From assembly GCA_002633005.1 (NCBI GenBank), contig NMRA01000031.1:1234750-1298749 (forward strand): 64,000 bases of DNA, written 5' to 3'. Shown in pieces: positions 55,901 to 64,000 of this stretch. The translations under genes were made by a program, and so were the position numbers. The notes under the pieces are model-generated. The model had not been told where the DNA came from. It did not search any database and saw nothing but the letters and a program-made list of their open reading frames with translations. Position 1 is the stretch's first letter. Each line of letters begins with the position of its first letter. The DNA comes from Phoronis australis (taxonomy: Eukaryota > Animalia > Phoronida).

Positions 55901-58900
55901 GTAATTGTTGTATCAAAAGCATCAAAAATTTCCTTCAATATTTTTTATATTGGGCAAGAGAAACTAGCTGAATCAAATAGGCAAGAGCACAGAGTATAAT
56001 CTATGTGACTGGAACTGTCTTTTTTCATATTTCAGAGGTTATCACTACACAGATGATCAAAAAGTCTATATCTTAACAGAAAATTTGCCACATCATATTG
56101 GTTGAATTACGTTTCAGGAGTCGAATAAGTGGTGCTGGTCAAGAATTAACACAGGTAGTTCACGGAACGACAATCAAAGAGGGTTTTATTCTGCGTACAC
56201 CACCACCAATGCTATTTGCATCATGGAAAACAGAAATACTGATAGAGCGTCAATCAATGAAAGCCGGAGACTCAAACATTACACCATTACGTTTAAAGTA
56301 GAGGATCTGAACATACTTTCATACATGCACCTCTAAAGAGGACGCAGAATAAGTGCCGGGTTTCGCAAAAGTGCCGAGTCTTGTATAAATGCCGAGGCTC
56401 TTAAGTTTATAGTCAAATAAGCAACCGGGCGCTCAATCAAGCTAATACATTAGTTCATATGACAAATCAAATTCCAGTCAAACAAAGTTACCTGGACACA
56501 GACTAGCTTTACTCCAGATCACTTGCCCACAGACTGCACACTCTCGGGGTCGCTCTAGAGTCTTGCTACAGAACTGGTGACGGTTTGAGGCCGCCTTCTG
56601 GAATAAAAGAGAACAAAAACATTTACTAGGGCTGCAGAACACGTAACGTGAAATGTACTAGTTGGGGTAATGCCCACAGAATTTAAATTGAAATACAATA
56701 CACACCAAACCTAATCAGTCAAAAGTCCCCTCCTCTCACAACCTACCTAAGAACAACCTGCACTGGTGCAAGTTACGCCACTTTTGAGTGGAGCGTCCAC
56801 ACGCACACGAACACGCACACGCACACATCCGATAACTAGGGTAAGGTGCGGGGCAATGAATGCCTAATGCGATTATGGCGTGCAAAAGGAAACCTGTCTG
56901 AACGTAACGGCATCTGATAATTACTTCCGCCTTACCCCACTTTTGCGGTCACACAGCCATTACAACTAGCGCAAGTTACCCTAGAAGAAGTTTTAAACCA
57001 ACCTCGATGATAATGTGAATTAAGCTGTCACAAGCGGGTTAAGTTACGCTAGTTTAAATCACGTCCAGACAGCACTCAAACATAGAAACAACTCGTTCCA
57101 GAAGTAACTTGTTCCAGGGTAAGTGTGCATGTGGACGGCACTAAAACGACCCACCAATTTCCTGTCATGACGACTGAGCAGAACTCACCGTCGAAGTGGC
57201 AAAGTGACAAGTCACTATCCGGGTAAAACTCTTCCCGACTTGGAAACGAAATTCTGTACACTTATTTTTGGCAGGTAATGTGATAAAAACAGAGGGGCGG
57301 CAGGCAATCACTGATTCGATGTACATTACAAGATTTTTTACTAAATTCATGGGTACAGACATTTATAACCAAACGGAATAAATATGCGCAGAATTAACAT
57401 GTAGAAATGATCTTACGGAACATTTTTGAATGTTTAACAATAAACAAGCTCATTTTCTGAATAATGCCTTAGATCAAGGGGAACCTTATAGACCATACGA
57501 TTTTACAAGTTCTACGACAACGCAATGACAAAAGTGCATATCAGTGGATTCTGTTGTAGACATTCAGACAGAGGCTAATGGAATAATGATGTTGGAGTCT
57601 ATGTAACAAAATATAAAATAACATAATAATTGTTCAGACTACTGTCAAATGAGCCATGAATGACAAAAATGTGTCTGTTGTAACCAGTTAAAGGCTCACT
57701 CATCCGTGCAGGGGTTCGCATGAAATGCTTTCTATGGTCACAATGTACAAACCGCATCTCAGGGTCCATGGCCATCAATTATCTGTCAGAAGCAACCCCA
57801 GAAAACATTGATCTGTAGGGCCCACTGTCTGACAATTAGTTTATCAGCAACGGTGAGTGTTTAGCGGTACTTGAGGACACTTAATCGAAAGTTAACCAAT
57901 CTCACTTAAGTTGCCTTCAAATAGAACATTTTCTGTGATCCAAATAATATCAACGGAAGATCAGTTTCTTCTATTTTTCGGAGATCAAATTCATGATATC
58001 TAACAAAATGGTGTTCATGAACATTATGGGTTGATATTCTGGACGAGATGGGAAGTTGGAAACATCAAGACAGCCCGAGACAACAGAATCTAAGAAAAAT
58101 ACAGAATCATTTGGTCCTGACAGTTTGAATCAAAGACTTCTGCTCTCAACCAGGCCTTCATTTATTGGACATTCAAATGGACACCCTGATTCAAATTTAA
58201 ACTCTCTACTTAGATGTAGGATGCCCTGTAAAGTAAGCAAGTCACTATCGGTGTCTCTTTTAACTTGTTAGTAGCAGCTACAGGAGCTCATTGTCTTGCT
58301 TGGTAGAATAACACCTTAGTGAAGGTGTGATAGAAGATATAATACACTTTATTGCAAACATGTGTCTCTCCAATACCATGCCACACTATAGAGCCTTTCA
58401 TGCTAACGTCGACGTGTTGATGGTTTGGGGAGTTGCGGTCAGTATGAACGCTTAACTCCGGTCCAGGATCACAGTTAACAGCTCCAGTTAAAATCGCATT
58501 TAACAGGTGGATTAAAGACCGCAGCGTCGACGCTGCGGTGCAGTATGAACGCTTAACTCCGGTCCAATCGAAGTTATCGCCAGGTGCCACTGTTATCGTC
58601 AACAGTTACAAGATAGTGCCGTCACCAATAGCAGCTTACATTTTGCTCTAATAACCCATCGATTTAAAAATAAGTTTATGTCACTTAGCACATGTAAATA
58701 TTTCCAAATTGAAACAATGAAAAAAATCTTAGCGTGCAATGCTACTTTGCGATAACTTCGATGACGACAGCAGCACACAACCGCTTACTTTTGATGGTCA
58801 TTAACTACCGAAGCCAGTATGAACGGTCCAGTTAACAGCGCTGTTTACGTCAACGCTGCCCTCAGACCGCAGTTAAGTCAATATGAAAAACCTAGTCACT

Positions 58901-61900
58901 GTCACTTGTAATGGATCATGAGAAAGTGCGAAAACCACTTTAGAAGCCTAATTTTTGAAATCCTGGATATATCCTTGTTTCCAAATTGTGTACTAGAAAA
59001 TGTTTAGATTCATGAGCATTGAGTATGCCCGAGAGTGGAAAACAGCAAGAAAATAAATCCTTTACAAGTCAGTTAGAATGTGTTGAGCCTTCTACTCCTG
59101 ACTTATCAAATAAATGATAAATATGCATATCTATAGATGCACGCATGCACCTACACGTGTGCATACGCATGGTACGTGCACCTTGATGTGTTCTGGGACA
59201 ACTTGACCATCTTTAATGTGTTGACATGTTCACACTGCCAACAAATTGTTGCAAAGCAACTTGCTTGGATTATACCCCATCCACATGACAATTTGAACCT
59301 GAATCAAATAACACCAGATAATGTTGCACCAGGTCAGCTAAGCATTTACATGGCATGCTGCCAAGACAAAAGCCAGACAGTGGTATTATGGGAATCCCCA
59401 GTAACAATTTAGCCTGCAGTTTAGAATAATATGAAATGTAATATGTACAAAACTTGAAGAGAAGAAAATGCTAGTGTGGCATCACCAAATTACGTCAAAA
59501 AAGTTTAACTTAAAATCATCATGTTCACATGGAAGTGTGTAGCAGCATAAGGTTATCAGAGAGCTCATAACTCGGAGCAACACATGGCGAAACTGACAGA
59601 AAAAGACGAAAATGGAGATGATGATGATGATGATGATGACAATGATGATGATGACAATGATGATGATGACAATGATGATGATGACAATGATGATGATGAC
59701 AACGATGATGATGATCACGATGTCGATGATGAACATGATGATAACAATTATATGACGAATGAAGATGTTAGAAATGAGAAAGAAACAGTCTTGTTCAACA
59801 GAAGGCAAACCAACAAAAGTGCAGTAAGAATCAATCAACAAAAGAACAGCGTCATCAGAAAATCCTGAATAATTCGATAAAAAGATGTGACGAAAAATTG
59901 AAAATCTTCCGAAAGCACGTTTGAAACTCTAACAGATTAGTTTCATGAAATTCCACAAACTTTTTGAAAATTTTCAAAATTTGCATTTTTCTTGAAATTG
60001 AAAGTCAAATAACTAAAAAAATGGTAAGCCTGAGAAAAAAGTTACAGTTCACTTAAAAGAACATACCTTAGAGAATAAACACACAAAAATTCACGTGATT
60101 TACTTATCCGGTTCAAAATGACACCCCAGCACAATAGAAAATTGATAAAAATACGTCAGATTCGACATTTTGAAAACAAGTTCTGGTTAAGTAGCACTTG
60201 ATAATAGCTATCAGCAGGAAACTAACACATGAACAATACGTCCTATTATCAGGACAACTAGGAATGGGATCTTCTATTTTTTCACAAAACTAGACACAAA
60301 CTTTTGGCCTCAGTTATGGAGTCATTAGTCCACACCATAATTAGACAGTTATGCATGTTAGCAATTTTGTACTTCTTGAGCACTTCTTCGTGCAAAAGCA
60401 GAACAAAAATTGCCAGGGGGTGAAGGATCTGTTCATAGCAAAGAAGCTCTCTCCTGGTTAGAACTCATTTCAGTTTTGCATTTGGCCATCTTGTAAAATG
60501 CTCCTAGGCTGTGAAGTATTCAGTCCCCTCCAAAATTGCCAGGAAACGGTGACTCTTGCAAAGTGACCTACATTGCAAGCGTTTTCGCTCCAAGGGAAAG
60601 TGATTTTAGCTGGTATGAGAACAGGTCTTAGACAAATAAATTCGAGACAGGCAAAATAGTTTCTTGCAATAAATTTTAGAAAAGACACCAGACTCAAAGC
60701 TGAAAGACGGCCAATGCTTTTCAATAACAAATTGCACAGTAAAATCCCAATTCTGCATAAAAACATTAGCCTGGTATGTATGAATTCATGTGTACAGAGA
60801 AGGGAAGACAAGACAAATGAATATTTTGGGTATAAGATCCATTTATCAGGAAGTACTCTGCTATGTCAATTCACAATGCATTCCTTATCTTGGCTACAGG
60901 GCTGAAGCAACACCAAAATCCAGACCAACGTCAGAAAGGAAGTGTTTTTAAGTCATTACAAATTGATCCCTAGTATTTCCTGAATGTTAAATTTATGATG
61001 AAATATTGCATCCTGTGTTTACCACATCAAATGTAAACCAGTTTCACAACTGAAGAAAATTGGACATTAAGTTGATGTAGAACTCTAACAGAATTCAAAA
61101 TGTCCAAAATTGGCTGAACTTCATCAAGTCCTTTCACATACTACGCTGCATACACAGTTCTCCAATATAGTGTTAGGAGTTGTTTTAAAATGCTTTACTT
61201 TTGCAAGAGTGATATCAAAAATTGCAGTTTGATGCTTTTCGTGTAAAAATCAAAAGTGCACACAAAACGAAAATGAAACATCTCGAAGAAGTGCTTCAGC
61301 ACATTTAAGATTTCTCTTGAACATTTACATGAATAAATGACAATTGGTTAACTTATTGACAACGTTGTTTAGCTATGAATGTACCTTTTCAATAAATTTC
61401 ACTAAAAAGGCACATCCCCCAATTAACTGCGCCAAGCATGGTCTCAAGGAATCCGTCAGTTCTTGGCAAACCCGAAAATCACTTCCCATCGGAGTACGGA
61501 ACAAGCTGAGCTCAATTCTACATCAGAATATGGTTTGCTTCATGAACAGACCAAGCGTGTGTATAACTTGCTCTCCACGTTCTTCTAAGTTCTCCATCAT
61601 ATAAAACAAGCCCTAAATCCTATGATAAGGTTGAATGAAATCACAGCATAAGCAGGTTATAAGGAATTAGCATTCAGGGTCTCCAAACTCTGCGCAGCTG
61701 CTGCTACCCTGAAGGGGGACTTGCACACGTATTCCACCACCAGGATCGCTAGTAGCATGGGTCGTTCCAGTCATCATCGTCCTATGTACATGTATAGCTT
61801 TTTGTCTCTGGTTTCACTGTATTACTAATTAGTATAAGAAAACTTGTTTGTTTGATTAATAACGACTTCTGAAGTTGTTACATGTAATTTACACAACAGA

Positions 61901-63935
61901 CTAAGTTTTTTTTAAAGACTAACTTACGGTAAAAATAGAGTGGGCCACTTCCGTCTGCTCTGCATTTGGTGCAAAATGAGGCATACAGATTTGTATTTTT
62001 CGATGAATTTGCATATCACAATCTGATTTTCATTGCCCAATGATTTGTTGTTACCAAAGACTTTTTAAAGCCCCGGGGGCTAGGTGACAACGTTAAACAT
62101 AAGCTAGGTCGTTTTTTCCCCCCGACTTACACAAAATCCCTAAATGACAAATTGGTTTAAAGCGTGCATGAAACTTTAATCCAAAAAATCTTGCTTAAGT
62201 CTTCTAGCTAAGTCAGAAAATGGTGGATGTTTTCTGAATAATTTCTGGCTTCAAAACATAAGAGTTAGTAGATATTTTCATACTTGCTTGACATAAAGAC
62301 AATTTTTTCAGCCGCTCGTAGAGAGGATTATTTATTAATCGAATATTGTTAACAAGATCGCCTAGCTTGTCCTGTAATGATTGTTAAAAAATATCTCAAT
62401 TGTGACATCTCCTCAGAACTGCTATACCCATGCTGTTGCTTTGCTGTGACTAGAAAATTGCAATGTCTCGCAAAGTATGCTATCTGACGTTTCAAACGAA
62501 ACATTTTATTTCACAGTATAACAATGAAAGTAAACGTGCTGTAAGACAAAGCAAGTTCACATACATGGCCAGTAGGGCAATAGTTGGAGATGCTTGTCAC
62601 AATCTGAGTCAGAACCTCAGTCAAGGAATATTTTGGCCAAAATTGCTAGTTTCCTTTATCTAAAGATTGTTTTAAGAAGACGTAAAAATGGGCTTGGATG
62701 AATCAGAACTACAGTACAGGGCCTTAAAGATCAAAGTTATTCTGGTTAAATCCTTAAATCGAATGACGAGGATAATATATTTTAGTTGTGTATTTGACAT
62801 TGAGTGAATTTGACATTGCTTTAAATTTCTTAAACTCATATGAAAAGCACTATCTAAATAGAAACATTGGTTCATTTGAGCTCAAACTCTTTGATTTCTG
62901 GTCTCTCCCTTCACAATGCTTTTTGACATGAACCTATCTGTGCTTGCAGTTCTCAACCTGTGATACCTGACTAGAGTATTGTTTGTTTTGAAAATGATTT
63001 AGAGATAATAAACCGAAACATTGATTTATACGATGTCTTTGTTTACGTATGCGTTGATTTTAAAGTTCATACTAAGCGAAGTTCGGTTGAAGCTTCGGTA
63101 AACCGAAGTTCCCCCAATGGGAAAGCAGTTTTACACCGCTTTTACTCCAAAAACAATCACATCAATTCAAGCAAAAACTATAGTACCAAGATTTAACTAA
63201 ACCGTCATAACTATACGTGGTCTAATCGTACACATTCGTTTTTGACAGACGCGGAGTCGCGGAGTTTATACATACTCATGCATGGGTGGGCAAAAACGTG
63301 GACCTAATGAAAAGTACCATATTACCGTGCACTAGCGACAACGCTGTGTCACAATGAAGTGAAATGTAGTACACCCTGACGTAAAGTAACAATAAGATTC
63401 TTGTTCAACCTTAGATGAACGTAAAATGGACACAAACTGATGTGACTTCTCCAACATCAGATTTGGCACAGGCTCGTAACTTTACACAAAGCTGGCAAAC
63501 GTCTGACATGGATACACTGCAGGGATACGGTGATGAATGTAAAAGGGCTTCAATTCAATCATGAATGACAAGTACGTCCTCAAAAGAATATAAATGTTTT
63601 TGAAAAACACAAGTCCCTAATTAGTTACTAATTAGTTGCACCAGCTTTCGACAGCTGTCATTAACTTATCGACTTACAAGTTGCAATTTGCAAAAAACCT
63701 ATGACGAACACTCAGCAAGTTGCCCACTCATCCACTCATTATAAAGGCATACCAGAACATTAGGCAGAATCAAAACATTTGTGACATTCCATATGAATGT
63801 ACAAGCACATATCATCCACATGCTCATAATGTCAAGATATAAATATCACATCATCAACGCCATCTGTAGTTTCAAAAGTGTAAAAACAGAATTGACCTTA
63901 CCTCCAGGGCATCTAACCGTGAATACAGCTCATGC
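10827..63935 (-). CDS. TNS: Tensin (C1-PTP-C2-linker-SH2-PTB), 29 coding exons in window, 5' incomplete
   Basis: GT-AG exons join phase-consistently (5620 nt, about 1872 aa); motifs [78 protein letters not shown]. Confidence 0.95.
12329..12436 (-). CDS. TNS: Tensin exon (PTB)
   Basis: [24 protein letters not shown]; canonical splice sites. Confidence 0.95.
13172..13448. repeat. 15-bp minisatellite, about 18 copies
   Basis: (TTGACAGAACACAGG)n. Confidence 0.95.
13488..13813. repeat. About 46-bp tandem repeat, 7 copies
   Basis: Unit GAAACTGATGTCCGATTGGTCGACATTAAAGTCTATCTCAGTACTR. Confidence 0.9.
13918..14086 (-). CDS. TNS: Tensin exon (PTB)
   Basis: [21 protein letters not shown]...[16 protein letters not shown]. 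Confidence 0.95.
14677..14763 (-). CDS. TNS: Tensin exon (SH2-PTB linker)
   Basis: [10 protein letters not shown]...[10 protein letters not shown]; phase 1 to 1; nearby alternative AG acceptors are possible. Confidence 0.88.
16202..16279 (-). CDS. TNS: Tensin exon (end of SH2)
   Basis: [24 protein letters not shown]. Confidence 0.95.
17165..17418. repeat. 50-bp tandem repeat, about 5 copies
   Basis: TTACATATTTGTTGCCTTATAACATTAAAACTAAACCTGCGACACTCAAA. Confidence 0.95.
17830..17922 (-). CDS. TNS: Tensin exon (SH2)
   Basis: [26 protein letters not shown]. Confidence 0.95.
18594..18719 (-). CDS. TNS: Tensin exon (SH2)
   Basis: [27 protein letters not shown] (FLVR-like motif). Confidence 0.95.
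19377..19463 (-). CDS. TNS: Tensin exon (start of SH2)
   Basis: [19 protein letters not shown]. Confidence 0.95.
19864..19952 (-). CDS. TNS: Tensin linker exon
   Basis: tttcag / gtaagt; [28 protein letters not shown]; phase 2 to 1 bridges its neighbours. Confidence 0.85.
20390..20560 (-). mobile_element. Penelope-like retroelement RT fragment
   Basis: [26 protein letters not shown]...E...FYR, the PLE motif that precedes YVDD; cut at the N at 20389. Confidence 0.75.
21137..21562 (-). CDS. TNS: Tensin Gln-rich exon
   Basis: Phase 2 to 2; QFNTLQ repeats and poly-Q. Confidence 0.85.
22057..22246 (-). CDS. TNS: Tensin poly-Q exon
   Basis: cctgcag / gtaagt; [13 protein letters not shown]...poly-Q; phase 1 to 2. 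Confidence 0.85.
23367..24275 (-). CDS. TNS: Tensin large S/T/Q/G-rich exon
   Basis: 909 nt open, phase 1 to 1, acceptor ttacttag. Confidence 0.85.
24360..24690. repeat. Degenerate repeat of about 21-bp period with GACATGTC cores
   Basis: Recurrent RGGACATGTC variants at roughly 21-bp spacing. Confidence 0.6.
25633..25680 (-). CDS. TNS: Tensin small exon
   Basis: [16 protein letters not shown], resembling the tensin TPxFPVSPxTPY motif. Confidence 0.9.
25932..26969. mobile_element. Non-autonomous TIR DNA transposon (hAT-like ends, 5-bp TSD)
   Basis: TIR CAGGACCCTC / GAGGGTCCTG; TCTCA duplicated at 25927-25931 and 26970-26974; subterminal AGGGGAATTT repeats at both ends. Confidence 0.75.
27074..27200 (-). 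CDS. TNS: Tensin linker exon
   Basis: [11 protein letters not shown]...[12 protein letters not shown]; phase 0 to 1. Confidence 0.88.
29161..29267 (-). CDS. TNS: Tensin linker exon
   Basis: [15 protein letters not shown]...; phase 1 to 0. Confidence 0.88.
29971..30012 (-). CDS. TNS: Tensin 42-nt exon
   Basis: ctcctcag / gtagat; [14 protein letters not shown]; phase 1 to 1. Confidence 0.7.
31173..32480 (-). CDS. TNS: Tensin largest exon (1308 nt)
   Basis: Open frame; [12 protein letters not shown]-like helix; phase 1 to 1. Confidence 0.9.
34225..34351 (-). mobile_element. tRNA-derived SINE
   Basis: A box TGGCTCAGTGG, B box GGTTCAAATCC and a non-tRNA tail; acceptor stem poorly paired. Confidence 0.75.
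34488..34575 (-). mobile_element. Second, truncated copy of the same SINE
   Basis: TGTGGCCA..TGACC.AATGAAT..GAAAGATTT similarity to 34230-34310. Confidence 0.6.
35057..35239 (-). CDS. TNS: Tensin exon
   Basis: [11 protein letters not shown] conserved tensin motif. Confidence 0.92.
35972..36073 (-). CDS. TNS: Tensin exon
   Basis: [13 protein letters not shown] conserved motif. Confidence 0.93.
36711..36979 (-). CDS. TNS: Tensin exon (C2)
   Basis: [15 protein letters not shown]...[14 protein letters not shown]...KVEFRFS. Confidence 0.95.
37652..37909 (-). CDS. TNS: Tensin exon (end of PTP, start of C2)
   Basis: [13 protein letters not shown]...[17 protein letters not shown]...CRPFIKVYQ. Confidence 0.95.
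38317..38504 (-). CDS. TNS: Tensin exon (PTP catalytic loop)
   Basis: [15 protein letters not shown]...[14 protein letters not shown]. Confidence 0.95.
38815..38963 (-). CDS. TNS: Tensin exon (PTP)
   Basis: [20 protein letters not shown]...[12 protein letters not shown]. Confidence 0.95.
39707..39810. repeat. Imperfect 104-bp palindrome (MITE-like hairpin)
   Basis: AATAGTCGGATATAATGTGCCCACAATTTGAGAACCAGTTT pairs with AAACTGGTTCTCAAAATGTGGACACATTATATTTGACTATT. Confidence 0.85.
41033..41094 (-). CDS. TNS: Tensin exon (start of PTP)
   Basis: [15 protein letters not shown]. Confidence 0.95.
42324..42400. repeat. 13-bp tandem repeat, about 6 copies
   Basis: (GTGGGAGGTCACT)n. Confidence 0.9.
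42570..42628 (-). CDS. TNS: Tensin exon (C1-PTP linker)
   Basis: ttacag / gtaagt; [19 protein letters not shown]; phase 0 to 2 bridges its neighbours. Confidence 0.85.
43214..43530. repeat. 78-bp inverted repeat with a 161-bp spacer
   Basis: 43214-43291 is the reverse complement of 43453-43530 with few mismatches. Confidence 0.9.
43354..43389 (-). ncRNA. Minimal type I hammerhead ribozyme motif
   Basis: Minus strand AGC-CTGAAGA-T-GAGgtatgtgtCTC-GAAA-T-ATC-GCT: stem I AGC/GCT, stem II, palindromic ATAT in place of stem III, AUC cleavage triplet. Confidence 0.65.
44215..44456. repeat. About 62-bp diverged direct duplication
   Basis: TACCAGTTTTTT..AGGTGGAGCT.TTATGATTTCATGAG..AAAGGA at about 44215 and about 44396. 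Confidence 0.75.
45029..45070 (-). CDS. TNS: Tensin exon (end of C1)
   Basis: [14 protein letters not shown] supplies the last C1 Cys; phase 0 to 0. Confidence 0.85.
48944..49398. mobile_element. Degenerate MITE with 16-bp subterminal repeats
   Basis: (GTGTCAACTCGCACC)-type repeats at 49323-49380 with inverted counterparts at 48944-49045. Confidence 0.5.
54809..54846 (-). CDS. TNS: Tensin exon (middle of C1)
   Basis: tttcag / gtgagt; [13 protein letters not shown]; phase 1 to 0. Confidence 0.9.
55516..55804. repeat. 73-bp tandem repeat, 4 copies
   Basis: Units start at 55516, 55589, 55662 and 55735; each has a GATCCTGT...ACAGGATC inverted pair. Confidence 0.95.
56492..56597 (-). CDS. TNS: Tensin exon (start of C1)
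   Basis: [29 protein letters not shown] fits C1 spacing H-x12-C-x2-C. Confidence 0.9.
59618..59745. repeat. (GAT)n / GATGATGATGACAAT microsatellite
   Basis: Direct inspection. Confidence 0.95.
63902..63935 (-). CDS. TNS: Probable tensin upstream 34-nt exon
   Basis: ttttgtag / GAG-gtaagg; [11 protein letters not shown]; ends in phase 0, matching the C1 exon. Confidence 0.6.
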
Positions 63936-64000
63936 CTACAAAATAGCTAGGTACCGGTCCATTAACACCAAAGAGGAGAGAGATGAACACCGAACGTCTC

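Noticed and set aside
59482-59868. Poly-Asp and poly-Ile ORFs
   Set aside because: Translation of an intronic (GAT)n microsatellite without supporting splice sites

Overview
Animal (bilaterian invertebrate-type) genomic DNA with spliceosomal introns. (1) 1-4114: the 3' part of a decayed Ty3/Gypsy LTR retrotransposon (RT-RNaseH-integrase, PPT, 589-bp 3' LTR). Between pol and the PPT sits an intact two-zinc-finger ORF behind a strong splice acceptor. The LTR holds an ATG mini-exon and GTAAGT donor whose phase fits that acceptor, which points to a spliced, env-position zinc-finger accessory gene. The same donor is also in frame with the next host exon. (2) 4659-6954: four phase-consistent + strand exons that end an unrecognised protein, largely invisible in the ORF track. 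(3) 10827-63935: a minus-strand tensin gene, 29 coding exons joined by hand into one open frame of about 1870 aa (C1, PTEN-like PTP with intact HCKGGKGR, C2, long low-complexity linker, SH2, PTB); its 5' end lies beyond the window. Introns contain minisatellites, a TIR element with 5-bp TSD, tRNA-derived SINEs, a Penelope-like RT fragment and minimal hammerhead-ribozyme motifs. All calls come from reading the sequence by eye; no searches were run.
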